Assembly (NCBI GenBank): GCA_965222225.1
Contig: CBDCTK010000002.1
Coordinates: 544,001-608,000 of the forward strand
Source of the DNA: Candidatus Poribacteria bacterium
GTDB taxonomy: Bacteria; Poribacteria; WGA-4E; JAJDTR01
Direction of reading: 5' to 3'
DNA length: 64,000 bases
Positions 62,302-64,000 of the stretch are shown here, in pieces; the stretch's first letter is position 1; every line of letters starts with the position of its first letter. The notes beneath the pieces are model-generated. The model ran no database searches. It was not told the origin of the DNA and saw only the letters and a program-made list of their open reading frames with translations. Both the position numbers and the translations under genes were made by a program.

Positions 62302-63483
62302 ATGAGTACAGAAAAGAAAATTGCCACTTGCGACTGGTTCAGGAAAGCTAACTTCTACCAAATCTATTCGAGAGTTCACAAGTGCCACGATAAAAATGGG
62401 GATGGGCAAATTACGGCGGGTGAGTTTAGTACATTTGTTGACATCAGGGCAGACTTGGAGCGCATAAAGGATTTGAACATCAACGCAATCTGGTTGATGC
62501 CGATACACCCCATTGGGAAAATCAACAGAAAAGGACAGTACGGAAGTCCGTACGCGGTAAGAGACTACCTTGGCATTGACATCAACTTTATCGAAAGACC
62601 AAGAGGACGGAATTACACGGATGATGAGTTGCGACGACTAGGAAAACAGCAGCTTAAAGACCTGATTGCAACTACGCATGAAATGGGTATGAGGATTATC
62701 CTCAGCTTTGTCGGGAGTCACTGTGCGCCGGATAACCTACTGCTAGATCCCCGCAATACGACTGAAAAGGGCGGTTATCACCCCGAGTGGTTTTTCATGG
62801 ATGAGACAGGCATTCCTACATCTCCCTGTCCCGACTGGTCAGATACGGCAGACCTCAAATATGGTGAAGGCGTTGATGAGATGGATAAACCCAAATACGA
62901 GAATGATGCGGATCGGCAAGCGATGTGGAATTTCATGACCTCGGTGCTTAAGTATTGGGTAGAGGAATTTGACGTGGATGGATTCAGGTGTGACTTCGCT
63001 CACTGGATGCCCTTATCCTTCTGGAAGCAGGCAATTGAATCTGTGAAAACAATCAAGCCGTCAACTGTTTTTATTGGAGAGGTCTACGAGCGATTGCGAG
63101 CCCACTTTGATGTTGGGTTTGACGCACTCTATCACTTTGAACTCTACAATCAACTCAAGAGTCTGTATCATGAAATCCGGCACGAGGATCCATATTTCGA
63201 AATTCCGTACATTCAACACAGAATTGAATACGAAAATGCAACTTATCCCGCAGGCTACCGGATGTTTCGTTATACCGAGAATCACGATGAGATACGCGCC
63301 GCGGAGATGTATGATAGCCCGGAGGCTGCGAAAGCACCGACACTGCTTTGTTTCACCTTGCCCGGCACGCCATTCATTTACGCCGGTCAGGAATCTGGGG
63401 AGACGGTAAGACCACCACTGTTTGATGGAGATCGCGGTGTTGCGTCTTTTCTAGAAATTGACTTCGGAATTAGTAGCTTGTAG
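62302..63483 (+). pseudogene. GH13 alpha-amylase family glycosidase, C-terminally truncated by IS1595
   Basis: IWLMPIHP, GSPYAVRDY, DGFRCD, GE, ENHDE, PGTPFIYAGQE; the last codons (GISSL*) derive from the IS end. Confidence 0.85.
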
Positions 63484-64000
63484 CTTTTAGACTGACGACA
63501 AACATAAAACTTGGTACCCTGTCGTAAATCTTTTCGTCACACGTAGATGTCCATAGTGACTATTCTTCTCGTAGGAGTTTGCTATGGACATTTTGAATCT
63601 TATGAAAGAGTTTCCAAATCAAGAATCTTGTCTCAGATTTATAGAGGAAAAACGTTGGAAGGACGGTGTTTGCTGTATCCACTGTGGCAGTGAAAAAGTT
63701 GGACGCAAGAACAAAAACGACATTACTACTGGTTGGAATTGCTACGATTGTGAATCTAGCTTTTCGGCTACAGCAGGAACCATCTTCCATGGTACCAAGA
63801 TACCTCTCCAGAAATGGTTTTTGGCTATCTCAATTCTTTCCAATGCCAAGAAAAGCATATCGAGTTGTCAGCTTGCTCGTGACTTGGACATGAATCAAAA
63901 GTCCGCTTGGTATATGGCAATGCGCCTCCGTGAGAAAATGAGTGATAGTGATGAATTGCTGAAAGGGATAGTTGAAGCGGACGAAACCTATGTCGGCGGC
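63465..64000 (+). mobile_element. IS1595-family insertion sequence, copy 2 (runs off the window)
   Basis: Sequence from cggaattagtag matches the reverse complement of copy 1, starting at 33744. Confidence 0.93.
63584..64000 (+). CDS. IS1595-family transposase, partial
   Basis: MDILNLMKEFPNQESCL..., as in 32771-33625. Confidence 0.93.
   Translation, partial: MDILNLMKEFPNQESCLRFIEEKRWKDGVCCIHCGSEKVGRKNKNDITTGWNCYDCESSFSATAGTIFHGTKIPLQKWFLAISILSNAKKSISSCQLARDLDMNQKSAWYMAMRLREKMSDSDELLKGIVEADETYVGG

Overview
Bacterial chromosomal window, most likely Candidatus Poribacteria (inferred from the C-terminal LLQNYPNPLNPETWIPYQL...YWDGRN...ASGVYFY domain at 51313-51600 and the style of the secreted proteins). 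From left to right it contains: (1) housekeeping genes (porin fragment, orphan SbcC-like ATPase, dusB, rph-rdgB-efp-accB-accC-comB); (2) an ~8.4 kb integrated element (9611-18022) bounded by a 12-bp direct repeat that overlaps the comB stop. It encodes a truncated HK97-type capsid protein, a Nu1-like small terminase, a sigma factor, tandem paralogous membrane proteins and a DNase I-like lipoprotein, and holds four copies of a ~100-bp phased repeat. It has no integrase, portal or large terminase, so it looks like a phage-satellite relic; (3) a large phosphate region (23-55 kb): phoR, two phoB, a coupled CHAD-ParA pair, phoU-pstSCAB, an arsenic-type MIP channel, TonB, a lipoprotein, a TonB-dependent receptor, phoX and a choice-of-anchor-I/phytase-like phosphatase, with four well-defined Pho-box promoters (TGTAACA-N9-TATAYT); (4) a divergent DnaA paralog lacking the arginine finger, leuCD, and a GH13 gene cut by IS1595. 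Mobile DNA comprises two IS1595 copies, one IS982, a MITE and REP-like repeats. Frameshifts, in-frame stops and one internal deletion cluster in accessory and phosphate-scavenging genes while core genes are intact; some of these may be sequencing errors. No rRNA, tRNA or CRISPR array was recognised. All family assignments are from motif recognition by eye; no database search was run.
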